The notes below the pieces were generated by a model. It saw only the letters and a list, made by a program, of their open reading frames with translations. It was not told the origin of the DNA and ran no database searches. A DNA stretch of 64,000 nucleotides, taken from contig OY970208.1 of the NCBI GenBank assembly GCA_963713865.1, positions 1,664,001-1,728,000 on the forward strand. The letters run 5' to 3'. Source of the DNA: an uncultured candidate division Zixibacteria bacterium (GTDB lineage Bacteria > Zixibacteria > MSB-5A5 > RBG-16-43-9). Below are positions 1 through 13,433 of the stretch, piece by piece (the first letter of the stretch is position 1; the number at the start of each line of letters is the position of its first letter). The translations under genes were made by a program, and so were the position numbers.

Positions 1-1328
1 TAGCATTGAAAACCGTGGGGATTTTAGTTCTTATGGCTCAATCCGGGCTTCATATTCCTGCAGAGTCTGGCTCTTCACTTCCAATTTTCAAACAGGTTTT
101 CTCCGATATTGGAGATGAACAGTCCATAGAGATGTCCTTATCAACTTTTTCTTCACATATCGGTCAGATAATCAAAGCGCTAGAAAATGTTGATAAGGAT
201 AGCCTGGTTCTCTTAGATGAATTAGGTGCTGGGACTGATCCTAAGGAAGGAGCGGCCTTAGGTGAGGCGATCATTGCAGATTTAGCCCAGAAAAAAGCTA
301 AGACGATTATAACTACCCATCAGGGGGTTTTGAAAACCTTAGCCCAAATCTATCCAGAGGTTGAGAATGCCTCCTTAGAGTTTGACAAGGAAAGCCTAAA
401 GCCTACTTATGAATTTCATATCGGCTATCCTGGAGGAAGTTACGGAATAGACATAGCCAGAAAATTAGGCCTGCCTGAAAATATCGTCAAGAAATCATAT
501 GAACTTTTAGGTAGTCAGGAAAGGGATTTAGGTCTTTTGATAGAGGAACTTGAGAAAAATTTAAAGGTAGTAAGGGAGAACAGAAAAGCTCTTGAGGAGC
601 AGAAAAAAGTTTCAGACGAGCTTTTAAGTCTTTATCAAGATAGAATTAATAAGTTAGAAGCAAACCAGAAAGAGTTGAAGAGGAAAGCTCTTAAGGAATC
701 AAGGGAGTTAGTGGAGAAAACCAGAGTGGAGATAGAGCACCTGATCGCTGAGCTCAAGAAAACCCGGGCCCAAAGGAATAGTATAAAACAGGCTCATACT
801 TTTTTGGAAGAGAAGAAAAAGGGTTTAGAAAAGGAATTAACAGGTTTTGAGGAGGAAATACCTAAAGTTGAAGGTAAAATAAAAGCCGGGGATTTAGTCT
901 GGCTCGATTCCTTAAAGATTGAAGGAGAGGTCCTGGCTGAACCTGATAGATCAGGTAAGGTAAAACTGAAGATCGGGAACATCACTTATACTGTAGACCA
1001 AAGGGAATTGTCCAAAGTAGAAGGGGAGAAAAAAGAAAAACAGCTCTCTTCTGTTAGGTATGAATTGTATTCGATTGAGAATATCTCTCCGGAAATAGAT
1101 TTGAGAGGATTAACCGCAGATGAAGCCACAGAGAAAGTAGATAAATATCTGGATGATGCCTATTTAGCTGGGTTGTCTGAAGTGGTTTTAATTCACGGAA
1201 AGGGAACCGGAGCTCTGAGAAAGAAGATTGGTGAGTTTTTAACCGGCCATCATCGGGTTAAAGAGACCAGGATGGGGAGTTTAGAAGAAGGAGGAGCCGG
1301 GGTGACGATTGTTAAGTTGAAAGAGTAA
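1..1328 (+). CDS. mutS2: Endonuclease MutS2, C-terminal part (5' end outside window)
   Basis: DIGDEQSI, LLDELGAGTDP and TTH ATPase motifs, coiled coil, C-terminal Smr domain (IDLRG...IHGKGTGAL...GGAGVT); frame open at window start. Confidence 0.95.
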   Translation, partial: ALKTVGILVLMAQSGLHIPAESGSSLPIFKQVFSDIGDEQSIEMSLSTFSSHIGQIIKALENVDKDSLVLLDELGAGTDPKEGAALGEAIIADLAQKKAKTIITTHQGVLKTLAQIYPEVENASLEFDKESLKPTYEFHIGYPGGSYGIDIARKLGLPENIVKKSYELLGSQERDLGLLIEELEKNLKVVRENRKALEEQKKVSDELLSLYQDRINKLEANQKELKRKALKESRELVEKTRVEIEHLIAELKKTRAQRNSIKQAHTFLEEKKKGLEKELTGFEEEIPKVEGKIKAGDLVWLDSLKIEGEVLAEPDRSGKVKLKIGNITYTVDQRELSKVEGEKKEKQLSSVRYELYSIENISPEIDLRGLTADEATEKVDKYLDDAYLAGLSEVVLIHGKGTGALRKKIGEFLTGHHRVKETRMGSLEEGGAGVTIVKLKE

Positions 1329-1499
1329 TTAAGTAGCTCAATGGTTCAAAAGTTCAAGGGGAAAAAAGAATAAGATGTGAGACGTAAGATGTAAGAAAGA
1401 ATATTGTAGCGTCGGGCTCTATACCCGACGGAAGTGGTTTTGGAGTGTAAACCTTCAGGTTTGCCCTACTTTTAGAACGCAAAACTATAGACAAAAGAA

Positions 1500-3248
1500 A
1501 TGGCTAATTTTATTCCGGATGAACTGATAAACCAGATCAGGGAAGCAAACGACATCGTTGAGGTTATCTCTGAATATCTACCTCTGAAGAAAAAAGGGAA
1601 AAGCTATATGGCTTTGTGCCCTTTTCATCCGGAGAAGACCCCTTCTTTTTCAGTTAGCCAGGAAAGACAGATCTACCATTGTTTTGGTTGTGGCAAAGGT
1701 GGAAATGTCTATACTTTTCTGATGGAGCATGAGAAATTAAGTTTCTATGAAGCTTTGAAGCTCTTAGCTAAAAAAGCAAATATCTCACTTCCCCAAAAAC
1801 CTGTTGACCGCGAGAAGGTAGAGACTCTGGATCAACTTTTTTATGCCAATCAGGTGGCTGGTGAATATTTTCAACTTTCCTTAACTCACAGCAAAAGAGC
1901 TAAGGATTATCTGCATAGTCGGGGATTTACGAAAGAGATCATTGAGCTTTTCTCTTTGGGTTATGCACCTCCTGACTGGGAAGGATTAATAAAATTCTCA
2001 AAAGAAAAAGGATTGAAAAATGAGACTCTATTGTCTGCTGGGTTGGTAATAGAGAGGGAGAAAAAAGAGGGATGTTATGATCGTTTCAGGAATCGAATTA
2101 CCTTCCCCATCTTCAATCTCAGTCAGAAGATTGTGGGTTTTGGTGGAAGAGTCGTTGAGAATGAAGATGAACCCAAATATCTTAACTCGCCTGAATCTCT
2201 TATCTATCATAAGGGAAAAATCTTATACGGGCTGAATCTTTCTAAGGAGGTTATTCGGGAAAAAAGTGCCGCAGTGTTGGTAGAGGGGTATATCGACTTA
2301 ATCAGCCTTTATCAAGCCGGGATAAAAAACGTTGTTGCCGCATTAGGAACTTCCTTTACACAGGACCAGGCTCGTCTTATCTCCCGCTATGCTGAGAAGA
2401 CATATCTCTTATTCGATTCAGACCGGGCGGGTGAATCGGCGGTGTTTAGAAGCGTAGATCTTCTGTTTGACGCCGGAGTGGAGGTGATGATAGTGGTTTT
2501 TCCATCAGGTGAGGATCCAGATAGCTTTGTAAGAAAATCCGGGTTAAAAGGTATAGCTCAGAAATTTAGAGAAGCTAAAGGTTTTATCGAGTATAAAAAG
2601 GATACTCTGCCAGTTGAATTCAATTTACTCCCGATAAAAGAGCAGGAGAAGATAATCCGGGAATTAGCTGATACTGCCAGCCGGATAAAGAACCAGTTAT
2701 GGGAAGACCTTTTCATAAATAAGGTTGCCAAGGTTTTCAGGATAAATGAAAAGATCGTCCTGGATGGGATTAAAGGATTAAACCTCAGAGAAACAGGTCA
2801 AAAACTTAAACCAGAGGAAAAGTTAACCGGAGTCCATAAATTAGAAAGAGAACTTTTAAAGCTTCTAATTGAAGAAAGCAGTTTGATTGGTCAGGTTAAA
2901 ACCAGGATAAGCCAGGAAGATTTCTATTTTACGGAAGATAGTGAACTTTACGAGATGATCTTAAGTCTTTTTGAAGCTCAGGGAAAGTTTACACCAGCAG
3001 CACTGATAGATAAGACGAAAAATCAAAAAGTTAAAGAGCTGATATCCCAGATAGCTGCTTTAGACCTGGGTATGGCTGAGCCGCAGCTTTTATTAGAAGA
3101 TTATATCAAGAGAATTGAGCTGAGTAAAAAAACTAACCAGATAAAAAGATTGAAAGAAGAGATAAAAAATGCCTGGAATAAAGGGGATAAGAAAAAGGCT
3201 GAAGAACTGACAGTTGAACTTCATAAGCTGATGAAGTATAATCGTTAA
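1500..3248 (+). CDS. dnaG: DNA primase
   Basis: CPFH...CFGC zinc-binding domain, DRFRNR, PKYLNSPE, TOPRIM EGYID and FDSD. Confidence 0.97.
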   Translation: MANFIPDELINQIREANDIVEVISEYLPLKKKGKSYMALCPFHPEKTPSFSVSQERQIYHCFGCGKGGNVYTFLMEHEKLSFYEALKLLAKKANISLPQKPVDREKVETLDQLFYANQVAGEYFQLSLTHSKRAKDYLHSRGFTKEIIELFSLGYAPPDWEGLIKFSKEKGLKNETLLSAGLVIEREKKEGCYDRFRNRITFPIFNLSQKIVGFGGRVVENEDEPKYLNSPESLIYHKGKILYGLNLSKEVIREKSAAVLVEGYIDLISLYQAGIKNVVAALGTSFTQDQARLISRYAEKTYLLFDSDRAGESAVFRSVDLLFDAGVEVMIVVFPSGEDPDSFVRKSGLKGIAQKFREAKGFIEYKKDTLPVEFNLLPIKEQEKIIRELADTASRIKNQLWEDLFINKVAKVFRINEKIVLDGIKGLNLRETGQKLKPEEKLTGVHKLERELLKLLIEESSLIGQVKTRISQEDFYFTEDSELYEMILSLFEAQGKFTPAALIDKTKNQKVKELISQIAALDLGMAEPQLLLEDYIKRIELSKKTNQIKRLKEEIKNAWNKGDKKKAEELTVELHKLMKYNR

Positions 3249-3384
3249 GATCGCTCAGATTAACCTCAAGAAATAAGGATAGTAAGATTAAAAAGAACTT
3301 TTCATGAAAACGTATGGCTAATTAAGAGATGAATCCTGTTGTAGTTAAAAGAGAAAAAAGCTTGAAAGGTTAAGTAAAAAAATC

Positions 3385-3414
3385 TTGACTAATGAGATTT
3401 AAAAATCATATATT
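3385..3414 (+). promoter_or_regulatory. Putative sigma70 promoter for the tRNA pair
   Basis: TTGACT-N18-TATATT ending 17 nt upstream of the tRNA 5' end. Confidence 0.5.
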
Positions 3415-3431
3415 TCGTAAGTAGATTATTA

Positions 3432-3505
3432 GGGCCCATAGCTCAGTTGGTTAGAGCAACTGACTCATAATCAGTGGGTCCCAGGTTCAAGTCCTGGTGG
3501 GCCCA
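3432..3505 (+). tRNA. tRNA with CAU anticodon, most likely Ile2 (lysidine-modified); CCA not encoded
   Basis: Acceptor GGGCCCA/TGGGCCC-A, anticodon arm around CAT at 3466-3468, GGTTCAAGTCC T-arm; C4-G69/C5-G68 pairs favour Ile2 over Met. Confidence 0.88.
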
Positions 3506-3570
3506 AAAATGAGTGATTAAGTGACTGAGTGATAAAGTGATTAGTTAATCACTTCTTCACTAAAATATTT

Positions 3571-3647
3571 GGGCGATTAGCTCAGTTGGTTAGAGCGTTC
3601 GGTTCACATCCGAAAGGTCATCCGTTCAAGTCGGATATTGCCCACCA
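3571..3647 (+). tRNA. tRNA-Val(CAC)
   Basis: Acceptor GGGCGAT/ATTGCCC-ACCA, anticodon arm TTCGG-TTCACAT-CCGAA, GTTCAAG T-loop. Confidence 0.93.
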
Positions 3648-3757
3648 GAATATAGTTTGTGGTTGTTAGTTTATAGTTCATAGACAAGGGAGAATGGATG
3701 TCAGGTTTTCATGGAAAAGAAACTACTTTTTTACTCAAGAGTTATGCACGGTTTAAT

Positions 3758-3798
3758 AAACAAAGAAGTGTACGTTGGAAAGTGCACTTCTTTGTTTT
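3758..3798 (+). terminator. Hairpin plus T-tract downstream of the tRNAs
   Basis: AAACAAAGAAGTGTAC...GTGCACTTCTTTGTTTT inverted repeat. Confidence 0.5.
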
Positions 3799-3822
3799 AA
3801 GTAAAATAATTTAAGGAGATCT

Positions 3823-6028
<2,206 letters not shown>

Positions 6029-6155
6029 GAATATAAGAATAGAGCTCAGAGGTCTCAAATAAGAGTTTAAAGATTCAGTAAATGAATGATAATCTCTGGG
6101 ACTTTAAACAGATATAATGTTATGATTGAAATAATGAAAAGAACTCAGCTCTTTG

Positions 6156-6535
6156 ACCAAAACAGATCAGATGATCGCCCCACCTATGGCGGGGAGGAAA
6201 GTCCGAGCTCTCAAAGGCAGAATGCCTCGTAATTCGAGGGTCCCCTACGGGGGAACGGAAAGTGTCACAGAAACTATACCGCCCCCGCAGCAATGCGGGA
6301 GCAAGGGTGAAATGGTGGTGTAAGAGACTACCGTCTTGATAGTGATATCAGGAGCAGGACAAACCCCACTCGAGAGCAAGACCAAATATGGAAGGAGAAG
6401 TCGCCTGCTTCTTTTTACTTCCGGGTAGGTTGCTTGAGGCTGGAGGTAACCCCGGTCCCAGATAGATGATCGTCATACCTTGTATAGAGATAATCTTTCA
6501 GGGTAAACAGAACTCGGCTTATGGTCTGTTTTGGT
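6156..6535 (+). ncRNA. rnpB: RNase P RNA (type A)
   Basis: GAGGAAAGTCC, ACAGAAA, GGGTGAAA..GGTGTAAGAG, GAGCAAG and AACAGAACTCGGCTTA motifs; P1 pairing ACCAAAACAGATCA/TGGTCTGTTTTGGT. Confidence 0.96.
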
Positions 6536-6703
6536 TTAATTTTAAACATGTAGAGGAGGTCTTTAGACCTCCATATTAAAGATAATGAGAACAAAAGCAA
6601 GGAAGGCAAAAACCTTCTGCAATAATGATTGAAAGGATTTAAAAAAAGTGGTACTGCTTATTGGTGAACAGATCTCCTTAAGGGTGAAAAGGATCGGCTG
6701 ATT

Positions 6704-8407
6704 ATGGAAATAAAATGGGAGTTTCCAAAATATTTAGATCTGAATAAGTGTAAGGAACTATCAGCTGGATTAGAATTGCCTTTAGTAGTAGGGAAGATCC
6801 TACTTAACCGGGGAATCTCGCAAGTTGAGGAAGCCAAGACTTTTTTAAGCCCTAATCTAAAAGATCTTTATGATCCATTCAGTCTTAAGGATATGGAAAA
6901 GGGAGTTGATAAAGTGATCCAGGCGCTGAAAGAGAATGAAAAGATGATGATCTTCGGAGACTATGATGTGGATGGGATAACCTCAGCTTCTTTAATGTAT
7001 CTGGTTCTGAATAAATTAGGAGCTCAGATCTCATATTATCTACCTAACAGATTAGTGGAGGGTTATGGGCTATCAGAGGAAGGGATATTAGAGGCGGAGA
7101 GAAGAGGAGCAAAACTTATCATATCAGTTGATTGCGGATTACTGCAAGTAATGAAATCGATTTTGCCAGAAAGAAAGGGATAGAGTGTATAATCACTGAT
7201 CATCATGAACCAGCTGAAACCATACCGAAAGCTTGGGCAATTATTAATCCAAAGCAAGATGGAGAGGAATATAAAGGCAAGGAGCTTTCCGGAGTAGGAG
7301 TGGCTTTTAAATTTGCTCAGGCGATCTACAGGAAATTGGGACAGGATGAAAAAGAACTGGAGGAACATCTTGACTTGGTAGCTCTGGGAACTGCGGCGGA
7401 TATTGTTCCTTTAATAGGTGAGAACAGGATCCTGACCAGATTCGGATTATTTCAGGTTGCTAAAACCTCAAAACCAGGTCTTAAATCTTTAATATTTATA
7501 TCTGGTCTAATGGGAAAAGAGATCGGGACAGGTCAGGTGGTATTCGTCTTGGCACCCAGGATAAATGCAGTGGGAAGGTTAGGGGATGCAGAAAGAGCAA
7601 TTAAGCTTTTGACTACCAAGGATGAGAGATTAGCTTCGGAAATTGCCAGGGTCTTGGATAATGAGAACCGGAAGAGAAAAAATATCGATGAGGAAACCTT
7701 AGAGCAGGCTCTGGAGCTGGTCGAAGAGGGGGTAGATCTGAAGAAAGATAAGGCGATTGTTTTAGCTTCTACCGGATGGCATCAGGGAGTTATTGGGATC
7801 GTTGCCTCAAGGATTGCTGAAAGATTCTACAGACCCACCATAATGATCTCCATAGATGGCGATGAGGGTAGAGGGTTCTGCCAGGAGTATCCCGGGATTC
7901 CATTTGTTTGAGGCCCTGAAGGAATGTGAGATTCTTCTTTTAAAATATGGCGGTCATAAATATGCGGCAGGCCTTTCTATTTCTTCTAAAGAAATCGAAA
8001 CTTTTAAAGAGAGATTTAAACAGATCTCTGCCAGTAAACTTAAAGATGATGATTTGATTCCCAAGCTGTGCGTGGATGCCGAGATCGAGCTGGAGGAAAT
8101 AAATGATGAGCTGTTATCTGCCTTAGAACTTTTTGCCCCTTTTGGGCCTGGTAATCTCAAACCAGTTTTTGCTACCAGAGAGCTTGAGGTAACTGAAGAG
8201 CCTTATATAGTTGGTAAAAATCATCTGCGCTTGAAGGTAAGGAAAAACGGAATGGTTATGGATGCCATAGGTTTTAATCTGGGAGATTTTGCCAAACCTT
8301 TAGCGATGAGAGGGACTATGGTAGATTTAGCTTACGTGGTGGAGGTAAATATCTGGAATGGAAATACTAAAATCCAGATGCGGCTTAAAGATTTAAGGAT
8401 AAAATAA
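6704..8407 (+). CDS. recJ: ssDNA exonuclease RecJ, split by two single-base frameshifts (~7137, ~7874); probably sequencing error
   Basis: GDYDVDG, DCG(I), TDHH, GTAAD, APRINA, HQGVIGIVAS, GSAR and GGHKYAAG motifs spread colinearly over three overlapping ORFs. Confidence 0.9.
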
Positions 8408-8413
8408 AAATTT

Positions 8414-9357
8414 ATGTCTTTGTTAGAAAGGTTTTATCAAAAAGATGAACTGGCACTCTCCAGGCTTATTTCCTACGTTGAAAATCAGGCTCCGGATTAT
8501 TACAAGGTCTTATCTTCAATATATTCCGAACTGGAAAAGCCTATCGGATGGGGATAACCGGTCCACCAGGTGCAGGGAAAAGCACAATTGTTGATAAGCT
8601 AAGCAATTATTTAGCTCAAAATGGAGATCAAGTTGGGATAATCGCAGTTGACCCCTCCAGCCCATTTACCGGTGGTGCGCTATTAGGTGACCGGATCAGG
8701 ATGCAGGATTTGACCACCAAGAAAGGGATTTTTATCAGAAGCATGGCAACCCGGGGTTCTTTAGGTGGACTTGCCTTTACCACCAAAGAAGTAGCTTTAC
8801 TTTTAGATGCTTTTGGGAAAAATTATATTTTAATTGAGACTGTAGGGGTGGGGCAAGTGGAGTTAGATATAGCTGATACCTGTGATACTACCCTGGTGGT
8901 TTTGGTCCCGGAATCAGGGGATAGTATTCAAGGAATGAAAGCCGGCTTGATGGAGATTGCAGATATCTTAGTGGTAAATAAAGCTGATCGGGAAGGGGCG
9001 AAGAGGATTGTCTCGGAGTTAGATATGATCTTAGATGTACGCAGGAAGAAGGGTGAGTGGTGCTATCCAATTGTTTCTACCGAGGCGATTAATAATAAAG
9101 GGATAGATGAATTATTAAAACGAATTTTAGAACATAGAAAATATATAACTGAAAAAGGTCTTTTAGAGAAACATCGCAAAGAGCAGATTAAATCAGAGCT
9201 GAAAAAGATAGTTGAGGTAAGGATTAAAGAATTGATCGAAAAATACCTAGGTGATACTAATATAGAAAAGATAGCGGAAAAGGTCTATTCTGGCCAGGAA
9301 GACCCTTATTCAGCCGGGGAGAGGATTTTAGAGAAGTTAAACTTGAAGCTAGAATAA
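8414..9357 (+). CDS. meaB: MeaB/ArgK G-protein chaperone of B12 mutases; one frameshift near 8527
   Basis: GITGPPGAGKST, DPSSPFTGGALLGDRIRM, ETVGVGQ, NKAD; upstream frame from ATG 8414 (MSLLERF...LSRLISYVEN) supplies the missing N-terminus. Confidence 0.92.
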
Positions 9358-9371
9358 AAGGCAGGAGTCTT

Positions 9372-11039
9372 ATGTTTAATAAAGACGAACTTAAAAAAAT
9401 AGAAGAAGAGAAAAGAATTTGGGAAGAGCTATATAAAAGCTGTAAGGCTTCCAATAAGAAATTTATCACTGTTTCCGGGGAAGAAGTTAAGCCTCTTTAT
9501 ACTCCACTGGATATAAAAGAGATTGATTTCGAGAAAGACATCTCTTATCCAGGAGAATATCCTTATACCCGCGGGATCAGGACGAATATGTATCGGGGAA
9601 GAATGTGGACGATGCGCCAGTTCTCCGGAATGGGGACACCGAAACAGACTAACCAGAGGTATCATTTCCTGTTAGAGAAAGGGCAAACCGGGCTTTCAGT
9701 CGCTTTTGACCTGCCCACGCTAATGGGCTATGATTCAGACCACTCTCGCTCCTTAGGAGAAGTTGGAGTTTGCGGAGTAGCAGTAGATTCTTTAAGAGAT
9801 ATGGAGATAATCTTCGATGGGATCAGCCTGGATAAGATCTCGACTTCTATGACCATCAATGCTCCAGCTTCTGTTCTTTTTGCTATGTATATAGCGGTTG
9901 GGGAAAAGCAAGGGATACCTTCTGAAAAATTAACCGGGACCATTCAGAATGATATCTTGAAGGAATATATTGCCCAGAAGGAATGGGTTTTCCCGCCAAA
10001 ACCGCATATGCGTTTGATTACAGATACTTTAGCTTTTGCCTCTCAATATGTTCCCAAATGGAATACGATATCTATTTCCGGCTATCACATAAGGGAAGCA
10101 GGTTCTACTGCCGTGCAGGAACTAGCATTTACCCTGGCAGATGGGTTTGCCTATGTGGAGGCAGGGATTAAGACAGGCTTGGATGTGGACCAGTTTGCTC
10201 CGCGTCTTTCTTTTTTCTTTAATTCGCACCTGGATTTCTTTGAGGAAATTTCCAAATACCGTGCCGCTCGAAGGATCTGGGCAAGACATATGAAAGAAAG
10301 ATATAAAGCTAAAAAAGAAGAATCCTGGCTCTTGAGGTTCCATACTCAAACCGCAGGATGCAGTCTAACTGCTCAACAGCCGGAGAATAATATTACTCGT
10401 ACAGCTTTTGAAGCTTTAGCTGCGGTTTTAGGAGGAACTCAGAGTCTGCATACTAACTCGATGGATGAAACCTTTGCTCTACCATCAGAAAAGGCGGTTC
10501 AGATTGCTCTGAGAACTCAGCAGGTAATTGCTTATGAAACTGGTGTGGTTAATACCATTGATCCTTTAGCTGGCTCCTATTATGTTGAAGCTTTGACCAA
10601 TAAGATGGAGGAGGAAGCAGAGAAATATTTTGCTGAGATAGAGAGGAGAGGTGGTGTTTTAAAATGTATAGAGGAAGGATATTTTCAGAGAGAGATAGCT
10701 GAAGCAGCTTACCGTTATCAGAAAGAGATTGAAAGTAAGGACCGGATCGTGGTTGGGATTAACGATTTTGTAATTCCGGATGAACAGGTTGAAATCCCGA
10801 TTTTAAAATTAGATCCGGAGATTGAAAAGGAGCAGGTTCAGGCGGTTAAAAAGATTAGAACAGAAAGGGATAATGATAAGGTTAAAATGAACCTGGAGAA
10901 TTTGAAAAAAGTAATTCAAGGAACGGATAATACCATGCCCGCCATCTTAGAATGCGTGAGATGCTATACGACCGAAGGTGAGATTGTGGATGTGATGAGG
11001 GAGGTTTTTGGAGAGTATATAGAACCACCGTTGATATAA
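9372..11039 (+). CDS. icmA: B12-dependent acyl-CoA mutase large subunit, isobutyryl-CoA mutase type
   Basis: Mutase barrel without B12 domain; specificity residues Phe (WTMRQFSG) and Gln (KEYIAQKEW). Confidence 0.8.
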   Translation: MFNKDELKKIEEEKRIWEELYKSCKASNKKFITVSGEEVKPLYTPLDIKEIDFEKDISYPGEYPYTRGIRTNMYRGRMWTMRQFSGMGTPKQTNQRYHFLLEKGQTGLSVAFDLPTLMGYDSDHSRSLGEVGVCGVAVDSLRDMEIIFDGISLDKISTSMTINAPASVLFAMYIAVGEKQGIPSEKLTGTIQNDILKEYIAQKEWVFPPKPHMRLITDTLAFASQYVPKWNTISISGYHIREAGSTAVQELAFTLADGFAYVEAGIKTGLDVDQFAPRLSFFFNSHLDFFEEISKYRAARRIWARHMKERYKAKKEESWLLRFHTQTAGCSLTAQQPENNITRTAFEALAAVLGGTQSLHTNSMDETFALPSEKAVQIALRTQQVIAYETGVVNTIDPLAGSYYVEALTNKMEEEAEKYFAEIERRGGVLKCIEEGYFQREIAEAAYRYQKEIESKDRIVVGINDFVIPDEQVEIPILKLDPEIEKEQVQAVKKIRTERDNDKVKMNLENLKKVIQGTDNTMPAILECVRCYTTEGEIVDVMREVFGEYIEPPLI

Positions 11040-11135
11040 AAAAGATGACGAATGACTAATGAAGAATGAAAACTCGTAAGCGGAGTACCTTGCTCCGCCA
11101 TAGATGAATTGGAGGATTAAAGAGAAAGGTAATTT

Positions 11136-11555
11136 ATGCGAAGAAAATATCGAATCCTTTTAGCCAAACCCGGTCTGGATGGGCATGACCGGGGAATCAA
11201 GGTTGTAGCGGCTGCCCTCAGAGATGCGGGATTTGAAGTTATCTATACCGGTTTAAGACAGACTCCGGAAATGATTGTGGGAGCAGCAATCCAGGAAGAT
11301 GTAGATGCCATCGGGATGAGCATTTTATCCGGTGCGCATCTGACCCTTTTTCCTGCAGTTCTGGATTTATTGAAGAAAAGAAGAGGTGAGCATATCCTTC
11401 TTTTCGGGGGAGGGATTATCCCGGATGAGGATATTACAAGGCTAGAGAAATCAGGTGTAGGAAAGCTTTTTACCCCAGGGGCTACAACCGTAGAGATTAT
11501 TGAATATCTCAAGTCAATATTAAGCTCAGGAAGGAAAGAAGAGGCGATTTTCTAA
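11136..11555 (+). CDS. Cobalamin-binding small subunit of acyl-CoA mutase
   Basis: [17 protein letters not shown] and GGGIIP motifs. Confidence 0.95.
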   Translation: MRRKYRILLAKPGLDGHDRGIKVVAAALRDAGFEVIYTGLRQTPEMIVGAAIQEDVDAIGMSILSGAHLTLFPAVLDLLKKRRGEHILLFGGGIIPDEDITRLEKSGVGKLFTPGATTVEIIEYLKSILSSGRKEEAIF

Positions 11556-11719
11556 GAAAAGACGTGACCGGGACTCGTTCCTCGTGATCGTGAAAATAAA
11601 TTATAACTGACGAATATCGAATGACATATAAAAAAAATAACCGTAGAGCCACGTTGCCCGAAACGTGGATTTAAATAAGAAAAGCTATAAAATAATAACA
11701 TTCAAATACAGGAGGTAGG

Positions 11720-12862
11720 ATGAGTTTTAACCTGGATGATAAACAACAAGCAGTAAGAGATCTGGCCAAGGAGTTCGGTGAGAAATATATCGCTCCGGTA
11801 GCTAAGGAAATGGACCGGAAACCACCGGAATTTCCAATGGAGCTTTTCAAAAAGATGGCGGAGAAGGGGTTTTTAGCTTTTCCGGTGAAGAAAGAATATG
11901 GAGGTCTGGGTAAAAGTAAACTGGAATATGTTACCTTGATCGAGGAGGTTTCCTGGTTTGATGCTTCCTCTGCCATTATTATGGCGGTGAATAATCTGGC
12001 AAGTTATCCGATTGAGGCTTTTGGCTCTGATGAACAGAAGAAAAAATATCTGCCCAGGATGTGCTCGGGTGGGATGGTGGGTGCATTTGCTTTAACTGAA
12101 CCGAATGCAGGCTCTGATGCGGCTAATCAGCAGACTACTGCTAAGGTGGATGGGGATTATTTCGTGATAAATGGAGAAAAAATCTTCATCACCAGCGGAA
12201 ACGTGGCAGATATAATCATTCTTATTGCCAAGATAATAGAGGATGGAGATAAGGAAAAAGTCTCTGCTATTTTAATAGATGGGAAAACCCCTGGACTATC
12301 CTCAGAGGTTTTGAAATGGAAGATGGGATTAAGAGCTTCTACCACTGCACGGTTGAAATTAAACAACGTAAGAGTCCCGCGGACAAACCTCTTAGGTGAA
12401 GCGGGTAAAGGTTTCAGGATGTCTTTGATGACCTTAGATGGTGCCAGGATTGGAGTAGCTTCTCAGGCGGTGGGGATTGCCCAGAGAGCCTTTGATGAGT
12501 CAGTAAAATATGCCAAAACCAGGGAGCAGTTCGGAGCACCAATTGCCAAATTACAGGCTATCCAGTGGATGATTGCGGATATGAGCACCCGTTTAGAAGC
12601 GGCGCGGATGCTGACTTACAAAGCGGCATTGATGGAGGATAAAGGGGAGAAGATCTCCAGGGAGGCGGCTCAAGCCAAGCTATTTGCCTCTGAGGCTTCA
12701 AATTTTATCGTGGACCGGGCTATGCAAATTCATGGTGGATACGGTTATATTGGTGAGTTCTCTGAGATAGAAAAACTCTACCGGGATCAGAGAATTACAG
12801 AGATATATGAAGGGACTTCTGAGGTGCAGAGGTTAGTAATTTCCAGCGCTTATTTAAGATAG
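11720..12862 (+). CDS. Acyl-CoA dehydrogenase (short/branched chain)
   Basis: FALTEPNAGSD, REQFG, QIHGGYG, IYEGTSE. Confidence 0.94.
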   Translation: MSFNLDDKQQAVRDLAKEFGEKYIAPVAKEMDRKPPEFPMELFKKMAEKGFLAFPVKKEYGGLGKSKLEYVTLIEEVSWFDASSAIIMAVNNLASYPIEAFGSDEQKKKYLPRMCSGGMVGAFALTEPNAGSDAANQQTTAKVDGDYFVINGEKIFITSGNVADIIILIAKIIEDGDKEKVSAILIDGKTPGLSSEVLKWKMGLRASTTARLKLNNVRVPRTNLLGEAGKGFRMSLMTLDGARIGVASQAVGIAQRAFDESVKYAKTREQFGAPIAKLQAIQWMIADMSTRLEAARMLTYKAALMEDKGEKISREAAQAKLFASEASNFIVDRAMQIHGGYGYIGEFSEIEKLYRDQRITEIYEGTSEVQRLVISSAYLR

Positions 12863-12887
12863 AGAGATTGTTCATTTTGGGTCTTTA

Positions 12888-12923
12888 GTAAGGGCGACCC
12901 GGTGGGTGCCCTTGCTTTTTTTT
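12888..12923 (+). terminator. Intrinsic terminator
   Basis: AAGGGCGACCC-GGT-GGGTGCCCTT hairpin followed by a T-tract just after the ACAD stop. Confidence 0.75.
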
Positions 12924-12936
12924 AATAAATATATTT

Positions 12937-13128
12937 GCAGGGATAAAATCTACCTCTGGCAGACTCTGTTCTTTTATTGGTAAACCTGCCCGAGAAGCGG
13001 AGACTTCTACCTTGGGGCCCGCCCTGTGGGCGTTTGGCGTCCTATCCTATGGATCTGTAGGAGGCGTAGGCTGGTTCGTAGCCATCGTAAGGCTTTTATC
13101 GACCACCCCTATGCGGGTCTAAAGCTGC
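12937..13128. other. Unidentified GC-rich multi-hairpin element (candidate ncRNA)
   Basis: Several local hairpins enclosed by GATAAAA/TTTTATC and GCAG/CTGC; no convincing ORF. Confidence 0.4.
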
Positions 13129-13433
13129 TATCAAAATTGTGAAGTGGTACAAAAGTTAATTCGTCTTTTTTTAGATATTTTTGGATTTTAATAGTGCTGG
13201 AAGATTATTCTAACGTTTAGTTTTATCACAAAAACGCATGATTGAAAAACCAACAGTACTAATTCATTCTAAATACATGCACAATTTTAATCTTACACCA
13301 TAATAGTCACTCTCCTGAGCTAACTTGTAAACTTTTCCTTGACTTGAAGCTTAAAAGTATTAAATTTTGCGGTGACTAAAAGGTTAAAGAGTTTAATCCA
13401 CCAGAGGCGGAAAGGGTTCAAGGGAAAAAACTT

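Noticed and set aside
6415-6609. 64-aa minus-strand ORF
   Set aside because: Antisense to the RNase P RNA 3' half.
9372-11039. Pivalyl-CoA, 2-hydroxyisobutyryl-CoA or ethylmalonyl-CoA mutase
   Set aside because: Specificity positions are Phe/Gln, not the Leu, Ile or Tyr/His patterns of those enzymes.
12937-13128. Cobalamin riboswitch, expected near B12 mutases
   Set aside because: No B12-box or GGGAA/GCCACTG/AGACC core motifs on either strand.
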